Shown here: piece by piece, positions 11,201 through 26,200 of the stretch
How positions within the stretch are numbered: position 1 is the first letter of the stretch
How the letters are laid out: every line of letters starts with the position of its first letter
DNA from: Yuukianura sp. NJ FZ-2021
Taxonomy: Eukaryota
Direction of reading: 5' to 3'
Assembly: GCA_046563655.1 (NCBI GenBank)
Contig: CM102287.1
Span: 3,224,001 to 3,288,000, forward strand
Length of the DNA: 64,000 nt
Position numbers and translations under genes: made by a program
Notes under the pieces: generated by a model
What the model was told of the DNA's origin: nothing
Database searches by the model: none
The model's input: the letters and a program-made list of their open reading frames with translations, nothing else

Positions 11201-14200
11201 TCAAAAAATCTTTTTGTTTTCATTCAAAACACCCCAAAAAGTCATTCTGAGCTTTGTGAGAACTGAAAATTGCTCTCCGATATTTTGCCTCGGAAAGCCC
11301 ATCTGAAGTGAACCAAGCTCAATTTTTGTCAAAAAATTCATTTGTTTCATTCAAAACTCCCGAAAAAGTCATTCTGAGCTTTGTGAGAACTGAAAATTGC
11401 ACTCCGATATTTTGCCTCGGAAAGCCCATCTGAAGTGAACCAAGCTCAATTTTTGTCAAAAAATTTATTTGTTTCATTGAAAACTTCCCAAAAAGTCATT
11501 CTGAGCTTTGTGAGAACTGAAAATTGCACTCCGATATTTTGCCTCGGAAAGCCCATCTGAAGTGAACCAAGCTCAATTTTTGTCAAAAAATCTTTTTGTT
11601 TTCATTCAAAACTCCCCAAAAAGTCATCCTGAGCTTTCTGAGGACTGAAAATTGCACTCCGATATTTTGCCTCGGAAAGCCCATCTGAAGTGAACCAAGC
11701 TCAATTTTTGTCAAAAAATCTTTTTTTTTCATTCAAAACTCCCCAAAAAGTCATTCTGAGCTTTCTGAGAACTGAAAATTGCACTCCGATATTTTGCCTC
11801 GTAAAGCCCATCTGAAGTGAACCAAGCTCAATTTTTGTCAAAAAATTCATTTTTTTCATTCAAAACTCCCGAAAAAGTCATTCTGAGCTTTGTGAGAACT
11901 GAAAATTGCACTCCGATATTTTGCCTCGGAAAGCCCATCTGAAGTGAACCAAGCTCAATTTTTGTCAAAAAATTTATTTGTTTCATTGAAAACTCCCGAA
12001 AAAGTCATTCTGAGCTTTGTGAGAACTGAAAATTGCACTCCGATATTTTGCCTCGGAAAGCCCATCTGAAGTGAACCAAGCTCAATTTTTGTCAAAAAAT
12101 CTTTATTTTTCACTCAAAACTCCCCAAAAAGTCATTCTGAGCTTTCTGAGAACTGAAAACTGCACTCCGATATTTTGCCTCGGGTAGCACATCTGAAGTG
12201 AACCAAGCTCAATTTTTGTCAAAAAAAATTTTTTTTTCCTTGAAAACTCCCCAAAAAGTCATTCTGAGCCTTCTGAGAGCTGAAAATTGCACTCTGATAT
12301 TTTGCCTCGGAAAGCCCATCTGAAGTGAACCAAGCTCAATTTTTGTCAAAAAATTCATTTGTTTCATTGAAAACTCCCCAAAAAGTCATTCTGAGCTTTC
12401 TGAGAACTGAAAATTGCACTCCGATATTTTGCCTCGGAAAGCCCATCTGAAGTGAACCAAGCTCAATTTTTGTCAAAAAATTCATTTTTTTCATTCAAAA
12501 CTCCCCAAAAAGTCATTCTGAGCTTTCTGAGAACTGAAAATTGCACTCCGATATTTTGCCTCGGAAAGCCCATCTGAAGTGAACCAAGCTCAATTTTTGT
12601 CAAAAAATCTTTTTTTTTCATTCAAAACTCCCCAAAAAATCATTCTGAGCTTTGTGAGAACTGAAAATTGCACTCCGATATTTTGCCTCGGAAAGCCCAT
12701 CTGAAGTGAACCAAGCTCAATTTTTGTCAAAAAATTTATTTGTTTCATTGAAAACTCCCCAAAAAGTCATTCTGAGCTTTGTGAGAACTGAAAATTGCAC
12801 TCCGATATTTTGCCTCGGAAAGCCCATCTGAAGTGAACCAAGCTCAATTTTTGTCAAAAAATCTTTTTGTTTTCATTCAAAACACCCCAAAAAGTCATTC
12901 TGAGCTTTGTGAGAACTGAAAATTGCACTCCGATATTTTGCCTCGGAAAGCCCATCTGGAGTGAACCAAGCTCAATTTTTGTCAAAAAATTCATTTTTTT
13001 CATTCAAAGCTCCCCAAAAAGTCATCCTGAGCTATCTGAGAACTGAAAATTGCACTCCGATATTTTGCCTCGGAAAGCCCATCTGAAGTGAACCAAGCTC
13101 AATTTTTGTCAAAAAATCTTTTTTTTCATTCAAAACTCCCCAAAAAGTCATTCTGAGCTTTCTGAGAACTGAAAATTGCACTCCGATATTTTGCCTCGTA
13201 AAGCCCATCTGAAGTGAACCAAGCTCAATTTTTGTCAAAAAATTCATTTTTTTCATTCAAAACTCCCGAAAAAGTCATTCTGAGCTTTGTGAGAACTGAA
13301 AATTGCACTCCGATATTTTGCCTCGGAAAGCCCATCTGAAGTGAACCAAGCTCAATTTTTGTCAAAAAATTTATTTGTTTCATTGAAAACTTCCCAAAAA
13401 GTCATTCTGAGCTTTGTGAGAACTGAAAATTGCACTCCGATATTTTGCCTCGGAAAGCCCATCTGAAGTGAACCAAGCTCAATTTTTGTCAAAAAATCTT
13501 TTTTTTTCCTTGAAAACTCCCCAAAAAGTCATTCTGAGCTTTCTGAGAACTGAAAATTGCACTCCGATATTTTGCCTCGGAAAGCCCATCTGAAGTGAAC
13601 CAAGCTCAATTTTTGTCAAAAAATCTTTTTTTTCATTGAAAACTCCCCAAAAAGTCATTCTGAGCTTTCTGAGAACTGAAAATTGCACTCCGATATTTTG
13701 CCTCGTAAAGCCCATCTGAAGTGAACCAAGCTCAATTTTTGTCAAAAAATTCATTTTTTTCATTCAAAACTCCCGAAAAAGTCATTCTGAGCTTTGTGAG
13801 AACTGAAAATTGCACTCCGATATTTTGCCTCGGAAAGCCCATCTGAAGTGAACCAAGCTCAATTTTTGTCAAAAAATTTATTTGTTTCATTGAAAACTCC
13901 CCAAAAAGTCATTCTGAGCTTTGTGAGAACTGAAAATTGCACTCCGATATTTTGCCTCGGAAAGCCCATCTGAAGTGAACCAAGCTCAATTTTTGTCAAA
14001 AAATCTTTTTTTTTCATTCAAAACTTTCCAAAAACTCATTCTGAGCTTTCTGAGAACTGAAAACTGCACTCCGATATTTTGCCTCAGAAAGCCCATCTGA
14101 AGTGAACCAAGCTCAATTTTTGTCAAAAAATCTTTTTTTTTCCTTGAAAACTCCCCAAAAAGTCATTCTGAGCTTTCTGAGAACTGAAAATTGCACTCCG

Positions 14201-17200
14201 ATATTTTGCCTCGGAAAGCCCATCTGAAGTGAACCAAGCTCAATTTTTGTCAAAAAATTCATTTGTTTCATTGAAAACTCCCCAAAAAGTCATTCTGAGC
14301 TTTCTGAGAACTGAAAATTGCACTCCGATATTTTGCCTCGGAAAGCCCATCTGAAGTGAACCAAGCTCAATTTTTGTCAAAAAATTCATTTTTTTCATTC
14401 AAAACTCCCCAAAAAGTCATTCTGAGCTTTCTGAGAACTGAAAATTGCACTCCGATATTTTGCCTCGGAAAGCCCATCTGAAGTGAACCAAGCTCAATTT
14501 TTGTCAAAAAATCTTTTTGTTTTCATTCAAAACACCCCAAAAAGTCATTCTGAGCTTTCTGAGAACTGAAAATTGCACTCCGATATTTTGCCTCGGAAAG
14601 CCCATCTGAAGTGAACCAAGCTCAATTTTTGTCAAAAAATTCATTTTTTTCATTCAAAACTCCCGAAAAAGTCATTCTGAGCTTTGTGAGAACTGAAAAT
14701 TGCACTCCGATATTTTGCCTCGGAAAGCCCATCTGAAGTGAACCAAGCTCAATTTTTGTCAAAAAATTTATTTGTTTCATTGAAAACTCCCCAAAAAGTC
14801 ATTCTGAGCTTTGTGAGAACTGAAAATTGCACTCCGATATTTTGCCTCGGAAAGCCCATCTGAAGTGAACCAAGCTCAATTTTTGTCAAAAAATCTTTTT
14901 TTTTCATTGAAAACTCCCCAAAAAGTCATTCTGAGCTTTCTGAGAACTGAAAATTGCACTCCGATATTTTGCCTCGGAAAGCCCATCTGAAGTGAACCAA
15001 GCTCAATTTTTGTCAAAAAATTCATTATTGTTTCATTCAAAACTCCCCAAAAAGTCATTCTGAGCTTTGTGAGAACTGAAAATTGCACTCCGATATTTTG
15101 CCTCGGAAAGCCCATCTGAAGTGAACCAAGCTCAATTTTTGTCAAAAAATTTATTTGTTTCATTGAAAACTCCCCAAAAAGTCATTCTGAGCTTTGTGAG
15201 AACTGAAAATTGCACTCCGATATTTTGCCTCGGAAAGCCCATCTGAAGTGAACCAAGCTCAATTTTTGTCAAAAAATCTTTTTTTTTCCTTGAAAACTCC
15301 CCAAAAAGTCATTCTGAGCTTTCTGAGAACTGAAAATTGCACTCCGATATTTTGCCTTGGAAAGCCCATCTGAAGTGAACCAAGCTCAATTTTTGTCAAA
15401 AAATCTTTTTTTTTCATTCAAAACTTTCCAAAAACTCAATCTGAGCTTTGTGAGAACTGAAAATTGCACTCCGATATTTTGCCTCAGAAAGCCCATCTGA
15501 AGTGAACCAAGCTCAATTTTTGTCAAAAAAAAATTTTTTTTCATTCAAAACTCCCCAAAAAGTCATCCTGAGCTTTCTGAGAACTGAAAATTGCACTCCG
15601 ATATTTTGCCTCGAAAAGCCCATCTGAAGTGAACCAAGCTCAATTTTTGTCAAATAATTCATTTGTTTCATTGAAAACTCCCCAAAAAGTCATTCTGAGC
15701 TTTCTGAGAACTGAAAATTGCACTCCGATATTTTGCCTCGGAAAGCCCATCTGAAGTGAACCAAGCTCAATTTTTGTCAAAAAATTCATTTTTTTCATTC
15801 AAAACTCCCCAAAAAGTCATTCTGAGCTTTCTGAGAACTGAAAATTGCACTCCGATATTTTGCCTCGGAAAGCCCATCTGAAGTGAACCAAGCTCAATTT
15901 TTGTCAAAAAATCTTTTTGTTTTCATTCAAAACACCCCAAAAAGTCATTCTGAGCTTTCTGAGAACTGAAAATTGCACTCCGATATTTTGCCTCGGAAAG
16001 CCCATCTGAAGTGAACCAAGCTCAATTTTTGTCAAAAAATTCATTTTTTTCATTCAAAACTCCCGAAAAAGTCATTCTGAGCTTTGTGAGAACTGAAAAT
16101 TGCACTCCGATATTTTGCCTCGGAAAGCCCATCTGAAGTGAACCAAGCTCAATTTTTGTCAAAAAATTTATTTGTTTCATTGAAAACTCCCCAAAAAGTC
16201 ATTCTGAGCTTTCTGAGAACTGAAAATTGCACTCCGATATTTTGCCTCGGAAAGCCCATCTGAAGTGAACCAAGCTCAATTTTTGTCAAAAAATCTTTTT
16301 TTTTCCTTGAAAACTCCCCAAAAAGTCATTCTGAGCTTTCTGAGAACTGAAAATTGCACTCCGATATTTTGCCTCGGAAAGCCCATCTGAAGTGAACCAA
16401 GCTCAATTTTTGTCAAAAAATTCATTTTTTTCATTCAAAACTCCCCAAAAAGTCATTCTGAGCTTTCTGAGAACTGAAAATTGCACTCCGATATTTTGCC
16501 TCGGAAAGCCCATCTGAAGTGAACCAAGCTCAATTTTTGTCAAAAAATCTTTTTTTTTCATTGAAAACTCCCCAAAAAGTCATTCTGAGCTTTCTGAGAA
16601 CTGAAAATTGCACTCCGATATTTTGCCTCGTAAAGCCCATCTGAAGTGAACCAAGCTCAATTTTTGTCAAAAAATTCATTTTTTTCATTCAAAACTCCCG
16701 AAAAAGTCATTCTGAGCTTTGTGAGAACTGAAAATTGCACTCCGATATTTTGCCTCGGAAAGCCCATCTGAAGTGAACCAAGCTCAATTTTTGTCAAAAA
16801 ATTTATTTGTTTCATTGAAAACTCCCGAAAAAGTCATTCTGAGCTTTGTGAGATCTGAAAATTGCACTCCGATAGTTTGCATCGGAAAGCCCATCTCAAG
16901 TGAACCAAGCTCAATTTTTGTCAAAAAACTTTTTTTTTCATTCAAAACTTTCCAAAAACTCAATCTGAGCTTTGTGAGAACTGAAAATTGCACTCCGATA
17001 TTTTGCCTCAGAAAGCTCATCTGAAGTGAACCAAGCTCAATTTTTGTCAAAAAATCTTTTTTTTTCATTCAAGACTCCCCAAAAAGTCATTCTGAGCTTT
17101 CTGAGAACTGAAAATTGCACTCCGATATTTTGCCTCGGAAAGCCCATCTGAAGTGAACCAAGCTCAATTTTTGTCAAAAAATTCATTTGTTTCATTGAAA

Positions 17201-20200
17201 ACTCCCCAAAAAGTCATTCTGAGCTTTCTGAGAACTGAAAATTGCACTCCGATATTTTGCCTCGGAAAGCCCATCTGAAGTGAACCAAGCTCAATTTTTG
17301 TCAAAAAATTCATTTTTTTTCATTCAAAACTCCCCAAAAAGTCATTCTGAGCTTTCTGAGAACTGAAAATTGCACTCCGATATTTTGCCTCGGAAAGCCC
17401 ATCTGAAGTGAACCAAGCTCAATTTTTGTCAAAAAATCTTTTTTTTTCCTTGAAAACTCCCCAAAAAGTCATTCTGAGCTTTCTGAGAACTGAAAATTGC
17501 ACTCCGATATTTTGCCTCGGAAAGCCCATCTGAAGTGAACCAAGCTCAATTTTTGTCAAAAAATTTATTTGTTTCATTGAAAACTCCCCAAAAAGTCATT
17601 CTGAGCTTTGTGAGAACTGAAAATTGCACTCCGATATTTTGCCTCGGAAAGCCCATCTGAAGTGAACCAAGCTCAATTTTTGTCAAAAAATCTTTTTTTT
17701 TCATTCAAAACTTTCCAAAAACTCAATCTGAGCTTTGTGAGAACTGAAAATTGCACTCCGATATTTTGCCTCGGAAAGCCCATCTGAAGTGAACCAAGCT
17801 CAATTTTTGTCAAAAAAATAATTTTTTTCATTCAAAACTCCCCAAAAAGTCATTCTGAGCTTTCTGAGAACTGAAAATTGCACTCCGATATTTTGCCTCG
17901 GCATGCCCATCTGAAGTGAACCATGCTCAACTTTTGTCAAAAAATTCATTTTTTTCATTCAAAACTCCCCAAAAAGTCATTCTGAGCTTTCTGAGAACTG
18001 AAAATTGCACTCCGATATTTTGCCTCGGAAAGCCCATCTGAAGTGAACCAAGCTCAATTTTTGTCAAAAAATCTTTTTTTTTCATTGAAAACTCCCCAAA
18101 AAGTCATTCTGAGCTTTCTGAGAACTGAAAATTGCACTCCGATATTTTGCCTCGGAAAGCCCATCTGAAGTGAACCAAGCTCAATTTTTGTCAAAAAATT
18201 CATTTGTTTCATTGAAAACTCCCGAAAAAGTCATTCTGAGCTTTGTGAGAACTGAAAATTGCACTCCGATATTTTGCCTCGGAAAGCCCATCTGAAGTGA
18301 ACCAAGCTCAATTTTTGTCAAAAAATCTTTTTTTTTTCATTCAAAACTCCCCAAAAAGTCATTCTGAGCTTCCTGAGAACTGAAAATTGCACTCCGATAT
18401 TTTGCCTCGGAAAGCCCATCTGAAGTGAACCAAGCTCAATTTTTGTCAAAAAAATTTTTTTTTCCTTGAAAACTCCCCAAAAAGTCATTCTGAGCTTTCT
18501 GAGAGCTGAAAATTGCACTCTGATATTTTGCCTCGGAAAGCCCATCTGAAGTGAACCAAGCTCAATTTTTGTCAAAAAATTCATTTGTTTCATTGAAAAC
18601 TCCCCAAAAAGTCATTCTGAGCTTTCTGAGAACTGAAAATTGCACTCCGATATTTTGCCTCGGAAAGCCCATCTGAAGTGAACCAAGCTCAATTTTTGTC
18701 AAAAAATTCATTTTTTTCATTCAAAACTCCCCAAAAAGTCATTCTGAGCTTTCTGAGAACTGAAAATTGCACTCCGATATTTTGCCTCGGAAAGCCCATC
18801 TGAAGTGAACCAAGCTCAATTTTTGTCAAAAAATCTTTTTTTTTCATTGAAAACTCCCCAAAAAGTCATTCTGAGCTTTCTGAGAACTGAAAATTGCACT
18901 CCGATATTTTGCCTCGGAAAGCCCATCTGAAGTGAACCAAGCTCAATTTTTGTCAAAAAATTCATTTGTTTCATTGAAAACTCCCCAAAAAGTCATTCTG
19001 AGCTTTCTGAGAACTGAAAATTGCACTCCGATATTTTGCCTCGGAAAGCCCATCTGAAGTGAACCAAGCTCAATTTTTGTCAAAAAATTCATTTTTTTCA
19101 TTCAAAACTCCCCAAAAAGTCATTCTGAGCTTTCTGAGAACTGAAAATTGCACTCCGATATTTTGCCTCGGAAAGCCCATCTGAAGTGAACCAAGCTCAA
19201 TTTTTGTCAAAAAATCTTTTTTTTTCCTTGAAAACTCCCCAAAAAGTCATTCTGAGCTTTCTGAGAACTGAAAATTGCACTCCGATATTTTGCCTCGGAA
19301 AGCCCATCTGAAGTGAACCAAGCTCAATTTTTGTCAAAAAATTTATTTGTTTCATTGAAAACTCCCGAAAAAGTCATTCTGAGCTTTGTGAGATCTGAAA
19401 ATTGCACTCCGATAGTTTGCATCGGAAAGCCCATCTCAAGTGAACCAAGCTCAATTTTTGTCAAAAAACTTTTTTTTTCATTCAAAACTTTCCAAAAACT
19501 CAATCTGAGCTTTGTGAGAACTGAAAATTGCACTCCGATATTTTGCCTCGGAAAGCCCATCTGAAGTGAACCAAGCTCAATTTTTGTCAAAAAATTTTTT
19601 TTTCATTCAAAACTCCCCAAAAAGTCATTCTGAGCTTTCTGAGAACTGAAAATTGCACTCCGATATTTTGCCTCGGAAAGCCCATCTGAAGTGAACCAAG
19701 CTCAATTTTTGTCAAAAAATTCATTTTTTTTCATTCAAAACTCCCCAAAAAGTCATTCTGAGCTTTCTGAGAACTGAAAATTGCACTCCGATATTTTGCC
19801 TCGGAAAGCCCATCTGAAGTGAACCAAGCTCAATTTTTGTCAAAAAATCTTTTTTTTTCCTTGAAAACTCCCCAAAAAGTCATTCTGAGCTTTCTGAGAA
19901 CTGAAAATTGCACTCCGATATTTTGCCTCGGAAAGCCCATCTGAAGTGAACCAAGCTCAATTTTTGTCAAAAAATTTATTTGTTTCATTGAAAACTCCCC
20001 AAAAAGTCATTCTGAGCTTTGTGAGAACTGAAAATTGCACTCCGATATTTTGCCTCGGAAAGCCCATCTGAAGTGAACCAAGCTCAATTTTTGTCAAAAA
20101 AAAATTTTTTTTTCATTCAAAACTTTCCAAAAACTCAATCTGAGCTATCTGAGAACTGAAAATTGCACTCCGATATTTTGCCTCAGAAAGCACATCTGAA

Positions 20201-23200
20201 GTGAACCAAGCTCAATTTTTGTCAAAAAATGAATTTTTTTTCATTCAAAACTCCCCAAAAAGTCATTCTGAGCTTTCTGAGAACTGAAAATTGCACTCCG
20301 ATATTTTGCCTCGAAAAGCCCATCTGAAGTGAACCAAGCTCAATTTTTGTCAAAAAATTCATTTGTTTCATTGAAAACTCCCCAAAAAGTCATTCTGAGC
20401 TTTCTGAGAACTGAAAATTGCACTCCGATATTTTGCCTCGGAAAGCCCATCTGAAGTGAACCAAGCTCAATTTTTGTCAAAAAATTCATTTTTTTCATTC
20501 AAAACTCCCCAAAAAGTCATTCTGAGCTTTCTGAGAACTGAAAATTGCACTCCGATATTTTGCCTCGGAAAGCCCATCTGAAGTGAACCAAGCTCAATTT
20601 TTGTCAAAAAATCTTTTTTTTTCCTTGAAAACTCCCCAAAAAGTCATTCTGAGCTTTCTGAGAACTGAAAATTGCACTCCGATATTTTGCCTCGGAAAGC
20701 CCATCTGAAGTGAACCAAGCTCAATTTTTGTCAAAAAATTCATTTTTTTCATTCAAAACTCCCGAAAAAGTCATTCTGAGCTTTGTGAGAACTGAAAATT
20801 GCACTCCGATATTTTGCCTCGGAAAGCCCATCTGAAGTGAACCAAGCTCAATTTTTGTCAAAAAATTTATTTGTTTCATTGAAAACTCCCCAAAAAGTCA
20901 TTCTGAGCTTTGTGAGAACTGAAAATTGCACTCCGATATTTTGCCTCGGAAAGCCCATCTGAAGTGAACCAAGCTCAATTTTTGTCAAAAAATTCAATTG
21001 TTTCATTCAAAACTCCCCAAAAAGTCATTCTGAGCTTTCTGAGAACTGAAAATTGCACTCCGATATTTTGCCTCGTAAAGCCCATCTGAAGTGAACCAAG
21101 TACAATTTTTGTCAAAAAATTCATTTTTTTCATTCAAAACTCCCCAAAAAGTCATTCTGAGCTTTCTGAGAACTGAAAATTGCACTCCGATATTTTGCCT
21201 CGGAAAGCCCATCTGAAGTGAACCAAGCTCAATTTTTGTCAAAAAATCTTTTTTTTTCCTTGAAAACTCCCCAAAAAGTCATTCTGAGCTTTCTGAGAAC
21301 TGAAAATTGCACTCCGATATTTTGCCTCGGAAAGCCCATCTGAAGTGAACCAAGCTCAATTTTTGTCAAAAAATTCATGTTTTCATTCAAAACTCCCCAA
21401 AAAGTCATTCTGAGGTTTGTGAGAACTGAAAATTGCACTCCGATATTTTGCCTCGGAAAGCCCATCTGAAGTGAACCAAGCTCAATTTTTGTCAAAAAAT
21501 CTTTTTTTTTCATTCAAAACTTTCCAAAAACTCAATCTGAGCTTTGTGAGAACTGAAAATTGCACTCCGATATTTTGCCTCAGAAAGCTCATCTGAAGTG
21601 AACCAAGCTCAATTTTTGTCAAAAAATTCATTTTTTTCATTCAAAACTCCCCAAAAAGTCATTCTGAGCTTTGTGAGAACTGAAAATTGCACTCCGATAT
21701 TTTGCCTCGGAAAGCCCATCTGAAGTGAACCAAGCTCAATTTTTGTCAAAAAATTTATTTGTTTCATTCAAAACTCCCCAAAAAGTCAATCTGAGCTTTC
21801 TGAGAACTGAAAATTGCACTCCGATATTTTGCCTCGGAAAGCCCATCTGAAGTGAACCAAGCTCAATTTTTGTCAAAAAATCTTTTTTTTTCATTGAAAA
21901 CTCCCCAAAAAGTCATTCTGAGCTTTCTGAGAACTGAAAATTGCACTCCGATATTTTGCCTCGGAAAGCCCATCTGAAGTGAACCAAGCTCAATTTTTGT
22001 CAAAAAATTCATTTGTTTCATTCAAAACTCCCCAAAAAGTCATTCTGAGCTTTGTGAGAACTGAAAATTGCACTCCGATATTTTGCCTCGGAAAGCCCAT
22101 CTGAAGTGAACCAAGCTCAATTTTTGTCAAAAAATTCATTTGTTTCATTCAAAACTCCCCAAAAAGTCATTCTGAGCTTTGTGAGAACTGAAAATTGCAC
22201 TCCGATATTTTGCCTCGGAAAGCCCATCTGAAGTGAACCAAGCTCAATTTTTGTCAAAAAATTCATTTTTTTCATTCAAAACTCCCCAAAAAGTCATCCT
22301 GAGCTTTCTGAGAACTGAAAATTGCACTCCGATATTTTGCCTCGGAAAGCCCATCTGAAGTGAACCAAGCTCAATTTTTGTCAAAAAATCTTTTTTTTTT
22401 CATTCAAAACTCCCCAAAAAGTCATTCTGAGCTTTCTGAGAACTGAAAATTGCACTCCGATATTTTGCCTCGGAAAGCCCATCTGAAGTGAACCAAGCTC
22501 AATTTTTGTCAAAAAATTCATTTTTTTCATTCAAAACTCCCGAAAAAGTCATTCTGAGCTTTGTGAGAACTGAAAATTGCACTCCGATATTTTGCCTCGG
22601 AAAGCCCATCTGAAGTGAACCAAGCTCAATTTTTGTCAAAAAATTTATTTGTTTCATTGAAAACTCCCCAAAAAGTCATTCTGAGCTTTGTGAGAACTGA
22701 AAATTGCACTCCGATATTTTGCCTCGGAAAGCCCATCTGAAGTGAACCAAGCTCAATTTTTGTCAAAAAATTCATTTTTTTCATTCAAAACTCCCCAAAA
22801 AGTCATTCTGAGCTTTCTGAGAACTGAAAATTGCACTCCGATATTTTGCCTCGGAAAGCCCATCTGAAGTGAACCAAGCTCAATTTTTGTCAAAAAATCT
22901 TTTTTTTTCATTGAAAACTCCCCAAAAAGTCATTCTGAGCTTTCTGAGAACTGAAAATTGCACTCCGATATTTTGCCTCGTAAAGCCCATCTGAAGTGAA
23001 CCAAGCTCAATTTTTGTCAAAAAATTCATTTTTTTCATTCAAAACTCCCGAAAAAGTCATTCTGAGCTTTGTGAGAACTGAAAATTGCACTCCGATATTT
23101 TGCCTCGGAAAGCCCATCTGAAGTGAACCAAGCTCAATTTTTGTCAAAAAATTTATTTGTTTCATTGAAAACTCCCCAAAAAGTCATTCTGAGCTTTGTG

Positions 23201-26200
23201 AGAACTGAAAATTGCACTCCGATATTTTGCCTCGGAAAGCCCATCTGAAGTGAACCAAGCTCAATTTTTGTCAAAAAATTCATTTTTTTCATTCAAAGCT
23301 CCCCAAAAAGTCATCCTGAGCTTTCTGAGAACTGAAAATTGCACTCCGATATTTTGCCTCGGAAAGCCCATCTGAAGTGAACCAAGCTCAATTTTTGTCA
23401 AAAAATCTTTTTTTTTCATTCAAAACTCCCCAAAAAGTCATTCTGAGCTTTCTGAGAACTGAAAATTGCACTCCGATATTTTGCCTCGTAAAGCCCATCT
23501 GAAGTGAACCAAGCTCAATTTTTGTCAAAAAATTCATTTTTTTCATTCAAAACTCCCGAAAAAGTCATTCTGAGCTTTGTGAGAACTGAAAATTGCACTC
23601 CGATATTTTGCCTCGGAAAGCCCATCTGAAGTGAACCAAGCTCAATTTTTGTCAAAAAATTTATTTGTTTCATTGAAAACTCCCCAAAAAGTCATTCTGA
23701 GCTTTGTGAGAACTGAAAATTGCACTCCGATATTTTGCCTCGGAAAGCCCATCTGAAGTGAACCAAGCTCAATTTTTGTCAAAAAATCTTTTTTTTTTCA
23801 TTCTAAACTCCCCAAAAAGTCAATCTGAGCTTTCTGAGAACTGAAAATTCCACTCCGATATTTTGCCTCGGAAAGCCCATCTGAAGTGAACCAAGCTCAA
23901 TTTTTGTCAAAAAATTCATTTTTTTCATTCAAAACTCCCCAAAAAGTCAATCTGAGCTTTCTGAGAACTGAAAATTGCACTCCGATATTTTGCCTCGTAA
24001 AGCCCATCTGAAGTGAACCAAGCTCAATTTTTGTCAAAAAATTCATTTTTTTTCATTCAAAACTCCCCAAACAGTCATCCTGAGCTTTCTGAGAACTGAA
24101 AATTGCACTCCGATATTTTGCCTCGGAAAGCCCATCTGAAGTGAACCAAGCTCAATTTTTGTCAAAAAATCTTTTTTTTTCATTGAAAACTCCCCAAGAA
24201 GTCATTCTGAGCTTTCTGAGAACTGAAAATTGCACTCCGATATTTTGTCTCGGAAAGCCCATCTGAAGTGAACCAAGCTCAATTTTTGTCAAAAAATTCA
24301 TTTTTTTCATTCAAAACTCCCCAAAAAGTCATTCTGAGCTTTCTGAGAACTGAAAGTTGCACTCCGATATTTTGCCTCGTAAAGCCCATCTGAAGTGAAC
24401 CAAGCTCAATTTTTGTCAAAAAATCATTTTTTTTCATTCAAAACTCCCCAAAAAGTCAATCTGAGCTTTCTGAGAACTGAAAATTGCACTCCGATATTTT
24501 GCCTCGGAAAGCCCATCTGAAGTGAACCAAGCTCAATTTTTGTCAAAAAATCTTTTTTTTTCATTCAAAACTCCCCAAAAAGTCATTCTGAGCTTTCTGA
24601 GAACTGAAAATTGCACTCCGATATTTTGCCTCGGAAAGCCCATCTGAAGTGAACCAAGCTCAATTTTTGTCAAAAAATTCATTTGTTTCATTGAAAACTC
24701 CCCAAAAAGTCATTCTGAGCTTTCTGAGAACTGAAAATTGCACTCCGATATTTTGCCTCGGAAAGCCCATCTGAAGTGAACCAAGCTCAATTTTTGTCAA
24801 AAAATTCATTTTTTTCATTCAAAACTCCCCAAAAAGTCATTCTGAGCTTTCTGAGAACTGAAAATTGCACTCCGATATTTTGCCTCGGAAAGCCCATCTG
24901 AAGTGAACCAAGCTCAATTTTTGTCAAAAAATCTTTTTTTTTCATTGAAAACTCCCCAAGAAGTCATTCTGAGCTTTCTGAGAACTGAAAATTGCACTCC
25001 GATATTTTGTCTCGGAAAGCCCATCTGAAGTGAACCAAGCTCAATTTTTGTCAAAAAATTCATTTTTTTCATTCAAAACTCCCCAAAAAGTCATTCTGAG
25101 CTTTCTGAGAACTGAAAATTGCACTCCGATATTTTGCCTCGGAAAGCCCATCTGAAGTGAACCAAGCTCAATTTTTGTCAAAAAATCTTTTTTTTTCATT
25201 GAAAACTCCCCAAAAAGTCATTCTGAGCTTTCTGAGAACTGAAAATTGCACTCCGATATTTTGCCTCGGAAAGCCCATCTGAAGTGAACCAAGCTCAATT
25301 TTTGTCAAAAAATCTTTTTTTTTTTTATTGAAAACTCTTCAAAAAGTCATTCTGAGCTTTGTGAGAACTGAAAATTGCACTCCGATATTTTGCCTCGGAA
25401 AGCCCATCTGAAGTGAACCAAGCTCAATTTTTGTCAAAAAATCTTTTTTTTCATTCAAAACTCCCCAAAAAGTCATTCTGAGCTTTCTGAGAACTGAAAA
25501 TTGCACTCCGATATTTTGCCTCGGAAAGCCCATCTGAAGTGAACCAAGCTCAATTTTTGTCAAAAAATCTTTATTTTTCATTCAAAACTCCCCAAAAAGT
25601 CAATCTGAGCTTTCTGAGAACTGAAAATTGCACTCCGATATTTTGCCTCGGAAAGCCCATCTGAAGTGAACCAAGCTCAATTTTTGTCAAAAAATTCATT
25701 TTTTTCATTCAAAACTCCCCAAAAAGTCATTCTGAGCTTTCTGAGAACTGAAAATTGCACTCCGATATTTTGCCTCGGAAAGCCCATCTGAAGTGAACCA
25801 AGCTCAATTTTTGTCAAAAAATTCATTTGTTTCATTGAAAACTCCCCAAAAAGTCATTCTGAGCTTTCTGAGAACTGAAAATTGCACTCCGATATTTTGC
25901 CTCGGAAAGCCCATCTGAAGTGAACCAAGCTCAATTTTTGTCAAAAAATTCATTTTTTTCATTCAAAACTCCCCAAAAAGTCATTCTGAGCTTTCTGAGA
26001 ACTGAAAATTGCACTCCGATATTTTGCCTCGTAAAGCCCATCTGAAGTGAACCATGCTCAATTTTTGTCAAAAAATTCATTTTTTTCATTCAAAACTCCC
26101 CAAAAAGTCATTCTGAGCATTCTGAGAACTGAAAATTGCACTCCGATATTTTGCCTCGGAAAGCCCATCTGGAGTGAACCAAGCTCAATTTTTGTCAAAA

